Source: Octopus vulgaris (taxonomy: Eukaryota). From it: 64,000 nt of DNA. The notes beneath the pieces are model-generated. The model had not been told where the DNA came from. It worked only from the letters and a program-made list of their open reading frames with translations, and made no database searches. Every line of letters starts with the position of its first letter. The first letter of the stretch is position 1. Both the position numbers and the translations under genes were made by a program. The stretch lies in contig OX597816.1 of NCBI GenBank assembly GCA_951406725.2, positions 89,590,001-89,654,000 of the forward strand, read 5' to 3'. Of this stretch, positions 1 to 12,760 are shown one piece after another.

Positions 1-1090
1 GTGATCGCCATAAACTTTAAGCTTGAATAAAAATACCATTATTATTATTATTTACAGGATTGTAAAAACGGCGCCGTATAAAAAAAAAACAATCGCACTA
101 AAATTATATATATACATATATATATATATAAGTGAATTTGGAGAGATATATTATCCTGGCAGATACCGTATTAGCTCTCAGTTAAGTTCAAGTTAACGAC
201 TAACCACAACCATAAGTATTTAACGTCTGTGGCCACAATTTGTTGTAAGTCAATCCGTGATTTCTTCCGGTGGGTAATTCCGTGTACTTTTCGCTGGGCA
301 GTAAAAATTGTCTCGAGTATATATTAATATTAATCATAAAGCGTATGGAAACTTGTACATCCACAAAACTTATTTTATAATTATATACACCATATTATAA
401 TGACCTACACGTGTTTGTGCTGCAGCGGAAACATACATACATATATGTAATTAAATTAATTGGACATTGAGTTGAAAGGTTTACTACGAATCAACAAATG
501 TATCCAATGTAATATAATTGCCAGCAATATGACTGAAGCTGTTTGTATAGACATTTTTATAGCTAAAAGCTGAATCAAAATTAGCATACTTGCTTAAGTA
601 TGTTAATTACTGATATGACAAGTGAAACACGTCTGGTTTAGAGCGCCCTCCCTAACATAGAGTATGATATAGTACTCTCACTGGTATACTTAGAAATGAT
701 GGTTTGCATATATAGTATATTTGATAAACTAAAAAGGAAAAAGATGGTATTCAGTATGATTAAACTACTGCACTATAGCCATAGCAATGCAGTTTAAAAT
801 GTCTGAATGCTTCGAGCTTCCATATTATTAACCATGACTTAAGAAAAAAATTTAATTGTCATATGCCCATCGTAATTGGTGTATAGATATTGCAAGGGAT
901 TTGGACCTTAAAAACGTGGTGATAGCATATGCTAAAAATAGCAGCCATGTATACATCAAAACACAGATTAAATTTCATAAAGAACACATTCAAGGTATGG
1001 TTTTGACCATGCCTGCTCTGTCACAGACGACCATACCCAAACAAAAGCAATAAGAATAAGTTTAAAGCCAAAGTTTGCTTGCTAATATAT

Positions 1091-1096
1091 TTTATT
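1091..1096 (-). promoter_or_regulatory. Candidate polyadenylation signal (AATAAA) of the host gene
   Basis: TTTATT on the plus strand, downstream of the inferred stop codon; the motif is common in AT-rich DNA. Confidence 0.35.
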
Positions 1097-1111
1097 TAAG
1101 AACGTTATTAT

Positions 1112-1152
<41 letters not shown>

Positions 1153-1285
1153 TTATATACAAGCCTATATATTATGTATGCGCGTGTGTGGGTATATGTA
1201 TTGAAATATTATTATGAGTATATGTTGTTAAACTTTTTCAATAATCGTTAGAGAAGAAGTCATGTCCCGAAGAAAACAGCTTGCG

Positions 1286-1329
1286 TCAATTAACAGCCTT
1301 AGTCATTTTCGGAATTTCATCCAACATTA
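1286..1329 (-). CDS. Host gene terminal coding exon (LMLDEIPKMTKAVN*)
   Basis: Acceptor ttgttttttgcAG, phase 1, ends in TGA at 1286-1288, with AATAAA on the minus strand about 190 bp downstream. Confidence 0.6.
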
Positions 1330-1754
1330 CTGCAAAAAACAAAAGTAAATATTTATATTACTGGAGTGTTAACAGTGCACAGATTAGACTGTACTACAAA
1401 ATAATATTTAGATCTTAGCCAACATTGTATGCGTAGATGGTTGCAAACTGCTTGTCTTTATATCCAGTGTTTTAATAGACAGAAAAAGAATAACTAGCCG
1501 GGCTGTGCTGAACCCTGAGGTAGGATTTTATCAGTGACTAATATTCCCCTAAAATGCACACGGTGACGCTGTTTATGAAGCCACTATAACTGATGACGTG
1601 TCCTCAGCAGGTGTTTCGGTTAACATAGGTGCGTTATTATGATGTCATATTGGAATAAAGAATATATTTTATAGGTCTTATTCAACAGTGCTTATGCCAG
1701 TCACTTGTCCTTTATGGATGTAACAACCTCTATTTGTAATGATAGTTTCCCAAT

Positions 1755-2818
1755 CCAAATACATCAGGTGCTAGAGCATAACATACCGGACCTAGTGGTG
1801 GTGGACAAGGTGCACCACATATGCTATATATATATAGCTGACGTTGCATGCCCCTTTAACCTACGAATAGTCAAGAAAGAAAGCAAAAATATACTTAAGA
1901 GGGTTGTATCTTAAGTACGGAATTCATAATAATAAGGTAATAGTGAAGCAAGTTTATTAAAAGCTGCTAGAGTCACAGCAAGACATAGAGAAACCAAAAA
2001 CCCAAACAAAGTTAAAAACCAGAAAAAAGAACAAATGTTATCTAACTAACAGAAAAAGGCTTTCCATGGTAGATTCTCAAAGACAGCCGCAGCAAACAGA
2101 AGTAGTGAGATATGGTTACGGTTACAGAAAGGAAGGTTGACGAGGGGGCAGAAAGTTTGTTAGTAGCAGCATAAGATCAAGAATTAAGGACTAATTGGAT
2201 AAAAGCCAAGATACACAAAAATCAAATAGATTCCCACTGTAGGCTACGCAAATCAAAAGAGGAAAGTTTTACTCATATAGTAAGTGAATGTAGCATGCTG
2301 GCACAGAAAGAATACAAGAAAAGACATGACAACCTAGGGAGAGTAATCCACAGGGAGTTATGTAGACCATACTGATAATTGATATGAACATGAACCTAGT
2401 AAACTATTAGAAAGTAAGAAATGTAAGATGTTGTGGAACTTCAACTTTCAGACTGACAAAGTAATAGAACCTAGAAGGCCTGATTTAGTAGAAGTAGATA
2501 AAGATAATAGAAAGTGTCAGATAATTGACTTTACAGATCCAAATAACGAAAAAGTCAATATGAGAAGATAAGAAAAAATAGCAAAATAGCAGGACCTAAT
2601 CATTGAATTACAAAGATTATGGAAAGTGCGGGTAAAATTTATCCGAGTAGTTGTAGGTGTATTGGAAACTATACCTAAAGATTTGAACAGATGGATAGAG
2701 GAAATAGCCATGAAACCCAGTTTAGTACAGCTCCAGAAAACAGTGTTATTAGGGACAACTAGGATGCTTAGGAGGGTTCTTGCCATCTAAGGTTACTTGC
2801 TGTAGCCCGATGTTAGGA
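1755..2818 (+). mobile_element. Decayed RLE-type non-LTR retrotransposon 3' fragments (Dong/R4-like), two pieces
   Basis: HNIPDLVVVDK..ADVACPF in the first piece. Second piece, broken by stops, has A.DQ.LRT, CRLC-like zinc finger, RHDNL, RPDLV and GT.R.LRRVL. Confidence 0.75.
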
Positions 2819-2976
2819 GAGGAAGAAGGAGAAGAAGAAGAAGAAGAAGAAGAAGAAGAAGAAGAAGAAGGAAAAGAAGAGAAAAAGAAGAAAAAGAAGA
2901 AGAAGAAGAAGAAGAAGAAGAAGGAGACGACGACGACGACGACGACAACGATGATGATGATGATGATGATGATGAT
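2819..2976 (+). repeat. Compound trinucleotide microsatellite (GAA)n-(GAC)n-(GAT)n
   Basis: Directly visible; source of the spurious poly-E/K/T/M ORF. Confidence 0.95.
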
Positions 2977-2991
2977 AAAATAGATACGTAC

Positions 2992-3207
2992 GCTTAAATT
3001 TCCAGAATATGTTACCAGTCAAACCGTATGTCTTTTCCGCATTGTGAGTAACACCACAGCCCTTGAAGAATTTTGAGTATTCCATTGCTGTATAGTTCTT
3101 TTTAATACGCAGGGTTTCACATTCACCTTCTGTTTTAATGTTACTGTACTCAGAAATATGAATACACGTCACTATAGTTGCACCGTAGATAACAACAGTT
3201 TTACTGT
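2992..3207 (-). CDS. Host gene exon: divergent PAN-like domain
   Basis: Acceptor cttttatttacAG, donor GTacgt, 216 bp, phase 1->1. DSKTVVIYGATIVTC...TEGECETL...AMEYSKFFKGC...WKFK. Confidence 0.65.
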
Positions 3208-3234
3208 CTGTAAATAAAAGAAAAATAAGTATTT

Positions 3235-3637
3235 ATTCTCTTTTCAACACAAGGCACAAGGTCCGGATTTTGGCGGGAGAAGGCCAGTCGATTAGATCGA
3301 CCCCAGTGCGCAACTGGCACTTAATTTATCGACCACGAAAGGATGAAAGGCAAAGTCGACCTCGGCGGAATTTGAACTCAGAACGTAAAGACATACGAAA
3401 TACCTGTTTCTTTATTACCCACAAGGGGCTGAACATAGAGGGGACAAACAAGGGCAGACAAACGGATTAAGTCGATTACATCGACCCCAGTGCGTAACTG
3501 GTACTTAATTTATCGACCCCGAAAGGATGAAAGGCAAAGTCGACCGCGGCGTAATTTGAACTCAGAACATAACGGCAGACGAAGTACGGCTACGTATTTC
3601 GCCCGGCGTGCTAACGTTTCTGCCAGCTCGCCGCCTT
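3235..3637 (-). mobile_element. Two tandem tRNA-derived SINE copies with different 3' tails
   Basis: Both carry the B box GAGTTCAAATT and the core GCCTTTCATCCTTTCG.GGTCGATAAATTAAGT.CCAG; the second also retains the A-box-like head TGGCAGAAACGTTAGC. Same family as 19876-20103, 31405-31562 and 38110-38343. Confidence 0.85.
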
Positions 3638-3648
3638 AAAAGAAAATT

Positions 3649-4917
3649 AGCAGGTCATCCCAAAGTTCTGTCCGAATTTTGAATAAAGAAAACAAGTGAT
3701 CAAATGTTATATTTAATTGAAATTTAATCATCAATGTACTTTCCTTGATTATCTATGACTTCCTTTCATCTATTTACAAACTTTTTAATCCCATCAATGT
3801 AAAACTCTTTTGGTTTCAAAGCGAAGAACTCTGAAATGTCCGTTTCGACCTCCTCCTGGCTTGCGAAAGTTATGTCCCTCAAATGATTCTGTAAACTATG
3901 AAACAAATGGTAGTCTGAAGGAGCAAGGTCGAGAAAATAAGGTGGATGAGGAATTTTTTCACAACCAAGCTCTTCGATCTTCTGTGATGTGATCTTTGCA
4001 GTGTGGAGCTGCACATTGTCCTGATGAAACATCACACCTTTTCGATTCACTAGAGCGGGTTTTTGTTTCTTCAAAGTTTGGTTCAAACGCTCTTATTACT
4101 GACAGTTGACTTGAGCATAGATTGTAACAATTCAAAGTGAATTGCTCCTTTGCAATCCCACCAGATAGAGAGAAGAACCTTTTTCCCATGAAGTTCCCTT
4201 CTCGGTTGTGCTTTTCCCCTTTTACCAAGCCACTGTTTACGACGGTTACCATTTCGATAGAAGATCCATTTATCGTCACCAGTCACAAGTCTATCCAAAA
4301 AGGGTGAAATGAGTTCGCGATAATAGAGAAGAGCAGATGTCAACTCGGGATTTGCGGTTGCTTTCGGACAATTCATGAGGCACTCATTTTCCAAGTCTAG
4401 GAACATTTCCAAGTTGTTGAAGATGACGATGAACAGTTGTATGGTTTGAACTAAGTTTTATTGCCAATTCTTCAACTGATAATGCAGGATTTTCTACAAG
4501 TAATGCCCCAAGGTGCTTATCATCAAACTTAACTGGACGTCCTTTTCGATCTTCATCTTCAAGGCTAAAATCTCCACTTCTGGATTTTGCAGACCATCTT
4601 CTGCAAGTTCTTTCATTCAAGCATTCTTTCCCATAATCTGAGTGTATGTTTCGAGTCGCTTCGTCTGCAGAGTTTCCTTTTTAGTAGTAATAAAGCATTA
4701 TGTGCCTTAAATGGTCTTTGAATATTTCCGTGTTAGAAAGGGTTTTAATCAAAGAAATTTTTATTTTATCATTCTGTAAAGTAATATTTAATTAGTTTAA
4801 ATGTACACAAATGCATAAAAATAATTTTTAATTCCATTAGACATTCTAAAATACTATTCAATTTCATTCCATTTTAAAAAAGGTAACTTCGGACAGAACT
4901 TATGGGATGAACTCATA
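3649..4917 (-). mobile_element. Mariner transposon, full-length, frameshifted transposase
   Basis: TIRs TCATCCCA(T)AAGTTCTGTCCGAA at both ends. ORF pieces carry LVTGDDKW, VLLSIWWD, HQDN and PPY..DLAPSDYHLF (D,D34D). Confidence 0.92.
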
Positions 4918-5009
4918 GATATTGTCATTTGTTACGTGCATCAGTTCTATCGGTCAATTTATGTTTACATACTCTATGTATATCTGTGATACGTTTGTGC
5001 ATGTGTATT

Positions 5010-6696
5010 ATTATTTTTTTTTTCTTCTTTCAAATTTGCTTCCATTTCTTGCCGAGTGTCTTCCCGACTCCTAGGGCAAAGAAACTCATAGTATACAATG
5101 GTAGGCCATTAAACCAAACTCAGTAGTTCGTTCTTTTTTTTTTTTTAAGTTAAATTAAAATACATGAGCAGCAACAGTTCTCACATCGACAATGCTCTTC
5201 TCAATACGTGTGATGTACCAGTTAAGACAATCTTTTGCACTTCTTGCAGGGATGGTAAGCCAGGGATCATTCTCATATAATTTTCGGTTCCCTTCTTGAT
5301 CATTCCTAGTGCTCCTACGATCACTGGTATTGTACCCGCCTTGAGATGCCACATTTTCTCAATTTCAATGAGTAGGTCTTTATATTTTCTGAGCTTGTCA
5401 AGCTCTTTCGCTGAGATATTATGATCACAGGGGATGCTCATGTCGATCAATAAGCAAACTTTATTGTTTTGGTCTTTCACAACAATATCTGGTTTATTGG
5501 CCTTGATGGTTCGGTCTGTATGTACTGGAAAGTCCCACAGAATGGTTACATTTTCTCCTTCAGTTACAGCCTCAGGGTGGTGATTATACCACTTGTCGGC
5601 AGTTTTGATATTGTAATGCCGACTTATTAGCCAGTGGAGATATTGGCCAACTCTGTCATGTCTTAATTTATACTCCACTGGTGCTAAGACTTTACATCCA
5701 GAGATTAGGTGGCCCACTGTTTCAATCATGTCGTTGCAGAATCGGCATTTTGGGTCTGCTCCATTTTTCATCACATTGGCCTAGTAGTTCCGGGTTAATA
5801 GGCTTTGGTCTTGAGCAGCCAGGATGAAACCTTCGCTCTCTGCTTTTAGCCCTGAGCTCCGTAGCCACTGATGGGTTTGCTTCTGGTCAACATCAGCTTG
5901 TTTGCTGCGGGTCACATATTTGCCGTGCAGAGGTTTCTCCTCCCACCTATCAGCCAATTGCTCGTGCGCTTTTTTCATTGCCATCATTTTCACCTTCTTT
6001 GCAACAATAGTTGCCGTACTTCCCTCGGGTTGTTCAGTTTGGGTATCCTGCACGAGATCAATAGCAAATCTTTTGCTTTCCTTTATGATAGAATGAAGCT
6101 TCTTTCGTCTCTCGTGATGTTCCACGAGCTTTAGCATCGAGTCATTCGGTATTTCGAGATATTTGGCCAGTCCAATTGTGGTTGTTTTGTAAGCTAGTTC
6201 AAATTGGATCAGGCCTCGACCTCCTTGGGCTCTGGGAAGGTAAAGGCGATCTACGTCTGCCTTTGGGTGGTGCATCCTATTACAACTCAGCAGCTTGCGT
6301 ATTTTTCTATCTATATTCTTTACTTCACTCATATTCCAGTTCAACACATTGTAGCTATAAGTAACAACTGGAACTGCTAAGGAATTTATAGCTAACACCT
6401 TGTTACGTGCATTTAGTTCAGATTTCAGGACTGCACGAACTCTCCTATAACATTCCTTCCTGATTTTCTCTTTCATGCTTGCATGCTGAATACCAGAGCC
6501 TTCATTTATCCCTAAATATTTGTATGTTTGTTCTTGCTCAAGCTCTCTTATGACTGTGTCAACATCTAACACGACTGAATTTGTGGTCTTCACTTTCCCT
6601 TTCTGGAAAGTGGCCTTGGCACACTTCTCAAGTCCAAACTCCATCCCGATGTCATCGCTGAATGCTTTCACGGTGCGCAATAGGCCTTCAAGTTCA

Positions 6697-6697
<1 letters not shown>
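5010..6697 (-). mobile_element. 5'-truncated Dong/R4-like RLE LINE
   Basis: RT thumb (GMEFGLEKC, YKYLG, LYLPRAQGGRGL), AAQDQSL, CRFC..ET..H..SGC, RHD and KPDIV..ID RLE motifs. In-frame stop at 5781; 5' junction at (TAA)n. Confidence 0.9.

Positions 6698-6699
<2 letters not shown>

Positions 6700-6746
<47 letters not shown>
6700..6746. repeat. (TAA)n microsatellite at the junction between LINE copies
   Basis: Directly visible. Confidence 0.95.
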
Positions 6747-6748
<2 letters not shown>

Positions 6749-7880
6749 CCTTCGTAACAAAGTGTAGGTAGAAATGCACCGGAGTTTTTAGTCATTTGTC
6801 AAGTCACAACAATGACCCCAGACAGATGTGCGATGATTGTTATTACATGAAAACTCACAGCTTATTTTGCTGGGTATGATAGAAAGTGTCAGCTGTCCAC
6901 AGCCAGCAGATTAAGGTGACACTTGGTTACTGGTCATGCTTCAAGAACCCTGCGATGAATTCTTGCAGTTCTAAGCAGTGCTGATGTTTGTAAGTGTTCT
7001 ACCTTTACACTTGCACCGATCTTTTTCAGCCATGCTGACAGTTGAGTGCTGATACTTCCAAGTGCACTATTTACTATGTATCACGTCTACTCTCTTCATT
7101 GACCACAACCTTCGTATTTCCCACTTTAAATCGTCGTAATTGCTTATTTTTTCTTCGTCTTTCATATTGATCTTGTTGTCACCGGGGCATGCAATGTCGA
7201 TAATCATACATGTTCTTTCTCTTTTATTCACCACAACGATGTCCGGTTTCTTATGTCTGGTCAGGTGATCGTACTGGATCATTACACACAACAGGATTTT
7301 GCAGTTCTCATTTTCGGTAACTCCTCCTGGGGTTTATTCATACCACGACTTTACTCTTTGTAGGCTGTGATTTCCACAGAGCTTCCAATGGATCATTCTT
7401 GCCACATTGTCATGGCGTCGTTTGTATTCGGGTTGTGCCAATCTCGGGCATTCGTTAACGATGTGCCATACCGTTTCATCTCTCTCATCACATACTTTGC
7501 ATTTGTCGCAATCGGTAGTGTTGTCAATTCTGCACTTCATATAATCGGTCCTTAAGGCTTGTTCCTGAGCTGTGTGTATGAGTGCCTCTGTTCTTATCTT
7601 CAGGTCACTCCTTCTCATTCATATCCACTGGACTTCTGAATCTGTCTTGGCGTTCTCATCTCCTGCAAACTGAACGTACATTTTTCCATCCATGTTTTTT
7701 GTTTTTTGTCTATTTTTTGTTTAAATTTTTTTTAATTACACAATTTTCAGTTTTGATGACGCCCGCCTTCTTCGTGTGTTTCAACAGTGGCTCCACGGCA
7801 TTTTTATATACCACCTTAGGCTGTTTTCCTCTGCTCCGATACAGTCCTGGAAACTGATCAAACCTCTCCCATCCTTTCTT
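6747..7880 (-). mobile_element. Decayed Dong/R4-like LINE 3' fragment
   Basis: AQEQALRT, CKVCDE.DETVWHIVNEC, RHDNV and KKPDIVVV..IDIACP motifs. Confidence 0.85.
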
Positions 7881-7899
7881 CTTTAAGCCAGAAGACACT

Positions 7900-8263
7900 A
7901 ACCAATGACAGGTAAGTGTTTTTTCAACATCGGCATTGTTAGCTCTCTTTGGGTATTTTCAATTGAGAGGTTTTAATTGACATTTATCTGTAAGAATATC
8001 TAAGGCAGTAGTTTTAGCACGGGTTTTCATACGCTTAGATTTTTCTGTGCTTGTTTCCAGTATGTCTAATTCTGGGATTTGTTGTATTTGGAATTCACTT
8101 TGACCTTCCTTTGCCTGTTTTCTAACTGAGTATGATGCTTTCTTGTTTTTATGCTTTAAGACAAGTTTTAACATCCAGTCATCATGGTTTTTCGGGTAGG
8201 TGTTTAGACCAATTATGGCAATCTTCATTGTTAATTCCAGTCATAAATACCCATGGCCACTCT

Positions 8264-8309
<46 letters not shown>

Positions 8310-9875
8310 TATTATTCAGTAGTTTTATTTTTATAGCGTGCTTTCACTTCACTACCCAGCGCGGCTGTGTGTGCCTTGGGTATGTGCTGTGATTTGTTGT
8401 GATGCTCTGATGGTTATTGTATGGAAAGTGTTCTGCGTAGGATGTGTGCAGTGCCTAGTAGTGCAATTTTCTGTATGTTATATGTGTTTGTAAGTCCTGG
8501 TGTTTTTGTTATGTATTTGTCTGAATATTTTTTTATCATGCCTAATGCACCTACTATGATAGGAATTGTTTCTGCTTTTAGATTCCACATTCTGGTTACC
8601 TCTATTTCCAGGTCTTTGTATTTTGAAAGTTTCTCCATTTCTCTTAGAGACACGTTGTCATCTGCCGGTATTGATACATCAATTAGAAAGCATTTTTTTC
8701 CTTCATGATCTCTGACAACTATATCTGGTCTGTTGGCCTTAATTTCTCTATCTGTGTGTATCGGCATATCCCAGAGTATGGTTGCTTTCTCGTTTTCTGT
8801 GACCTTTTCTGGTGTGTGCCTATACCATCTTTTTTCTGTTATTATTCCATAATGTTGGAATAGCTTCCAGTGTATGTAGGTTCCAACTCTGTCATGTCTG
8901 TGAATATATTCCTTCTTAGCCAGGACTGGGCAGCCAGAGATAATATGATTTATTGTTTCTTGTCCATCTCCACATATTCTGCAGTTACTTGTTATATTTC
9001 TTTTCATTACATATTTTTGGTAATTTCTGGTGGGGAGGTTTTGGTCTTGTGCTGCAATTAAAAATCCCTCCGTCTCTGCTTTGAGTCCTGAGCTTCTCAA
9101 CCATTGCTGGGATTTTTCTTTGTCTATTTCTTTTGCATTTAGTTTAGTCCAGTAAGCTTTTGTTGTTTCTTCATCTTCTTCTTCTTCTTCATATTTATTA
9201 GGTGGTATGATTTCTTGTTTGTATTTGTCAGCTTCCTTAAATACTGAGAACAGTTTTTTGTTTTGCTCGTGTTTTGCCGCTATTTGTATCAGTTTTCCTT
9301 CCTTCTGAAGTAGATATTTTTGCAGTCCTATGGTGGTTATTTTATAGTCGTTTTCCAGCTGTATAAGGCCTCTACAGGCCTTATACAGCTTATTATTATC
9401 ATTATTTTTTTTTCCTTCTTTCTTCAAAGTTTCTCGCCGAGTGTTTTCCATACACCTAGGGCAGAGAAGGGCATTGTATGCATTCCCAGATTACACGCGC
9501 AAATTCACAGATAAAATATGTATTTAAAAATTAATAAATAAATGAATTCATGGATGGATGTTATTTTCACAGCGATAGTGTTCTTCTCAGTACATGAGCC
9601 GTTCTAGTTAATACGATTTTTTGCACTTCCTGTAGGGATGGTGAACCTGGAATCATTTTCAAATAGGTTCCAGTACCTTTTTTTATCATTCCTAGAGATC
9701 CTACAATCACTGGTACTGTAGTCGCCTTGAGATGCCACATTTTTTCAGTTTCTATTAGCAGGTCTTTATATTTACTAATCTTGTCAAATTCTTTCGCCGC
9801 TATATTGTGATCACAGGGAATACTCATCTCAATTAATAAACACATCCTTTTTGTCTGATCTTTTATAATAATATC
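7900..9875 (-). mobile_element. Three further stacked Dong/R4-like LINE fragments (about 7900-8265, 8316-9388, 9403-9875)
   Basis: ORF 8414-9451 has AAQDQNL, CRIC, RHD and RPDIV; ORF 9567-9845 has the RLE end. Fragments are separated by TAA-rich runs, and the 3' UTR at 9403-9480 resembles 5010-5090. Confidence 0.88.
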
Positions 9876-10185
9876 TTATTAGTATTATTATCATCATCAT
9901 CATCATCATCATCTTTATTTTTATTTTTAAAAAGCGTTTGATTCGACCCCAAGCAGCTTAAAGTGTCGTGGAGTCGGCGCAAGAACCTGATTCATTAGAT
10001 GCTTGTGCTGCTCCTATGAAACTGTTGATCCCATGAAAGTTTTTATTTATATATACATTCACCACTACTTCAAAATTGCGCAACAATTCTCTGTCTTTAT
10101 CTTGTTTTTTTATATCAAAAACATTAAACTTAAGATTTTGCTCTTACGAATACAATAACATATTTTAATGTCATTTGTTACTTAC

Positions 10186-10419
10186 CGATTCGTTGGTAGT
10201 ACTCCCTGTACGGACATTCACTAGGTGTCAGAGTGATACCAGTTGCAGCACTGATAGAATATAGCTGACAAGTTTTAACGAGATCATCGAAGTTAAATGA
10301 TTTACATTTAGTATTATTCATACATCTGTGCGCACATTTTTCCACATGTTCAAATTTCAATTCTTCCAGAAAAGTTCCTTTTATATAAGCCACCGACACA
10401 CGGATAAACATATGCATTA
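10186..10419 (-). CDS. Host gene exon: PAN/apple domain
   Basis: Acceptor tttcttccAG, donor GTaagt, 234 bp, phase 1->1. VEKCAHRCMNNTKCKSFNF....TCQLY...YYQR matches the PAN pattern C-x3-C-x5-C-x-S-F-x-F-x6-C. Confidence 0.85.
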
Positions 10420-10694
10420 CTGGAAGAAAAAATTCAGATATACATATTAATATGTGTGTGCGTGTATGTATGTATACTCTTTATCTTTTATTAAACTTTT
10501 AATACTTTTGATATATATTTAAAATAATATAAATTAAATTAATTTGATGTATTGGCTTAAGTTTTTCATTGTTTGATTTGCCTAATAGTGGTTTTATCTC
10601 TAATTTAATATAATATAATATAATATATTTATACTATAAAATTGGATATAATCCTAAATCTGATTTTTCCCTGTAAGTTTGGATTTATTCCCTA

Positions 10695-10737
<43 letters not shown>

Positions 10738-11089
10738 ATGTTTGGCAATTCGTACGTGCATATATGGCCATGGAATTAGACATTTATGAGCGTATGTATC
10801 AATATATATGGATGAATCCCCTGCGTTACGGTTATCTCAGCTTAAGAGATTTCCAGCTTATGGAAATTGTAAAGTATGATTTTTAAATTCTGGATAACTT
10901 CTGCAATTTCATTCTTACGGAAACTCGGTTTGTGTAATTTTTAATTGTGAACAATTTAAAACTACAATTTCCTCTCAATGGGCTTTTGCGTTGTAATTAA
11001 GATCAACAATATAGTTAACAATTTGAAAAATTATCATCATGTTACATACATACATGCACACATGTTATATAGTGAACATACTGTGGGCA

Positions 11090-11120
<31 letters not shown>

Positions 11121-11572
11121 ACTGAATGTATATGTATGCATGCATATATGTATTATATACGTTGTATGCACGTATGTATATATGTGTGGGTTTCTATCAT
11201 CAACACCAACACAACTACTAACAGTAACATGAAGATATTGTATGAAGAAGATAAGCAAATCCGTTTCAAATGAAAATATATAATGTGGTAACCTAGTGTA
11301 TTTTAAAACTTGAATGAAATGTCTTGGATCTTAAGTCTATGAGGGTTGTCTTGAAGCTAAACAGCCACAACATTGCAATTAGCAAGAACAATATGGCCAA
11401 CACACCACCAACAATATTCGACCCATCTAAACCCGTGCAACCCACATTATCACCATTATCAACCAACCAACTTTCAAATCCAACAGGCTGCAACAGATAT
11501 CAGCATGTACGCCAACACATACATGTACATGAACGTGTGTGTGGGGGTGTGTGTGAATGTGTACGTATGTGT

Positions 11573-11613
<41 letters not shown>

Positions 11614-11929
11614 TGAGTATGTTTTAAGTCAGAAGTGCAAGGAGCGGATTGCCTGTAAAATTTGGTGACCTTTCACCTCACTGCAATTATATAATACTTT
11701 CTCTTCTTCAGTCCTTCAACTTTTCATTTCATTTGCGTTATTACATCCATAGGATAAGACAATTTTCCACTTTCTGAATTTCCCGCTCTCACAATTTTCC
11801 GGTCTCATAATTTTCAGCTCTCACAATTTTCCGCTCTTTCTTTCCTATGCCAATTGTTTTTACTACATATTTGTTGTGGATAATTAATCGCAGGTGTTAT
11901 TAAATTTACCTTCATTTTAAGATGTCAAC

Positions 11930-12760
11930 AAAGAAACAATGAAGAAGGTAATAGTGCGAAAAGGAACTGTACAGGGATCATACTGGATATTAAACTTGAT
12001 ATTTTAAAAAGTCTTAATAAGGGAGAACTAAGTTATAGAGCCAAAACATTAAATACTGCAACGTCTACAGTGGGAACGATACGTGACAATAGAGAGAAAA
12101 TTATGTCAAATGCTCAAAAAGATACTCAGTGTTTGCCCAGACCCTATTTTTCCATACCTCCAATGTAATGCCGAAAATAAAACGTCTTTCTGGTATATAG
12201 ATGATCGAAGATCAGAATCCGCCTAACGTGCCGATAAACACGATAGTAATTTTAAAAAGCGCCAAAACTTTATATGGCGATTTTCTAAAAAAATCGAATT
12301 TGAAATTTCTAATGAAGAACTCTTTTTGGCTGGCAAAGCTTGTTTGAAAGCTGCAAGAATTGCATGAATTTGCATGACATATAAATGACTGGTGAAACTG
12401 CGAGTGCTAATACAGAGATTGCTACTAGTTATCTTGAGCAGCTGAGAAATTGGTTGTTGAAGGGCTACACACCAGAGCAAATATATAATACTTAGGAAAC
12501 TACACTTTTCTGGAAGCGCATGTCTGCTAGAACTTCTATTTCTCGAGAGGAAAAATCAACACAAGCATTTAAAGCTTCTAAAAATCCTCTGACATTTCTT
12601 TTGAGAGGAAATGCTACTAGTGACATGAAATTAAAAGCCTTACTCGTTTGATCTACCTCTGATTTGGAGTAAAGCCACTAAGCTAGAAAATCGTATAAAA
12701 ATCCATACCACGTGTTACTGAGTCTAAAAAATGCAAGTTATGCGTAGCTGAATGATCGCA
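11930..12760 (+). mobile_element. Decayed Tigger/pogo-like transposase
   Basis: Broken-frame motifs KLDILK (HTH), GETASA, GYTPEQIYN..ET.LFWKRM..RT.ISREEK and LTFLL.GNA..D.KLK. Confidence 0.7.

Noticed and set aside
1575-1630. CTGATGA / CTGAGGA / GAAAC boxes suggesting a hammerhead ribozyme
   Set aside because: The boxes are not in a valid order on one strand and the stems do not pair.
8414-9451. 345-aa ORF as an independent gene
   Set aside because: Its start lies in the neighbouring LINE's 3' UTR and reads through a TAA junction; it is a truncated LINE ORF.
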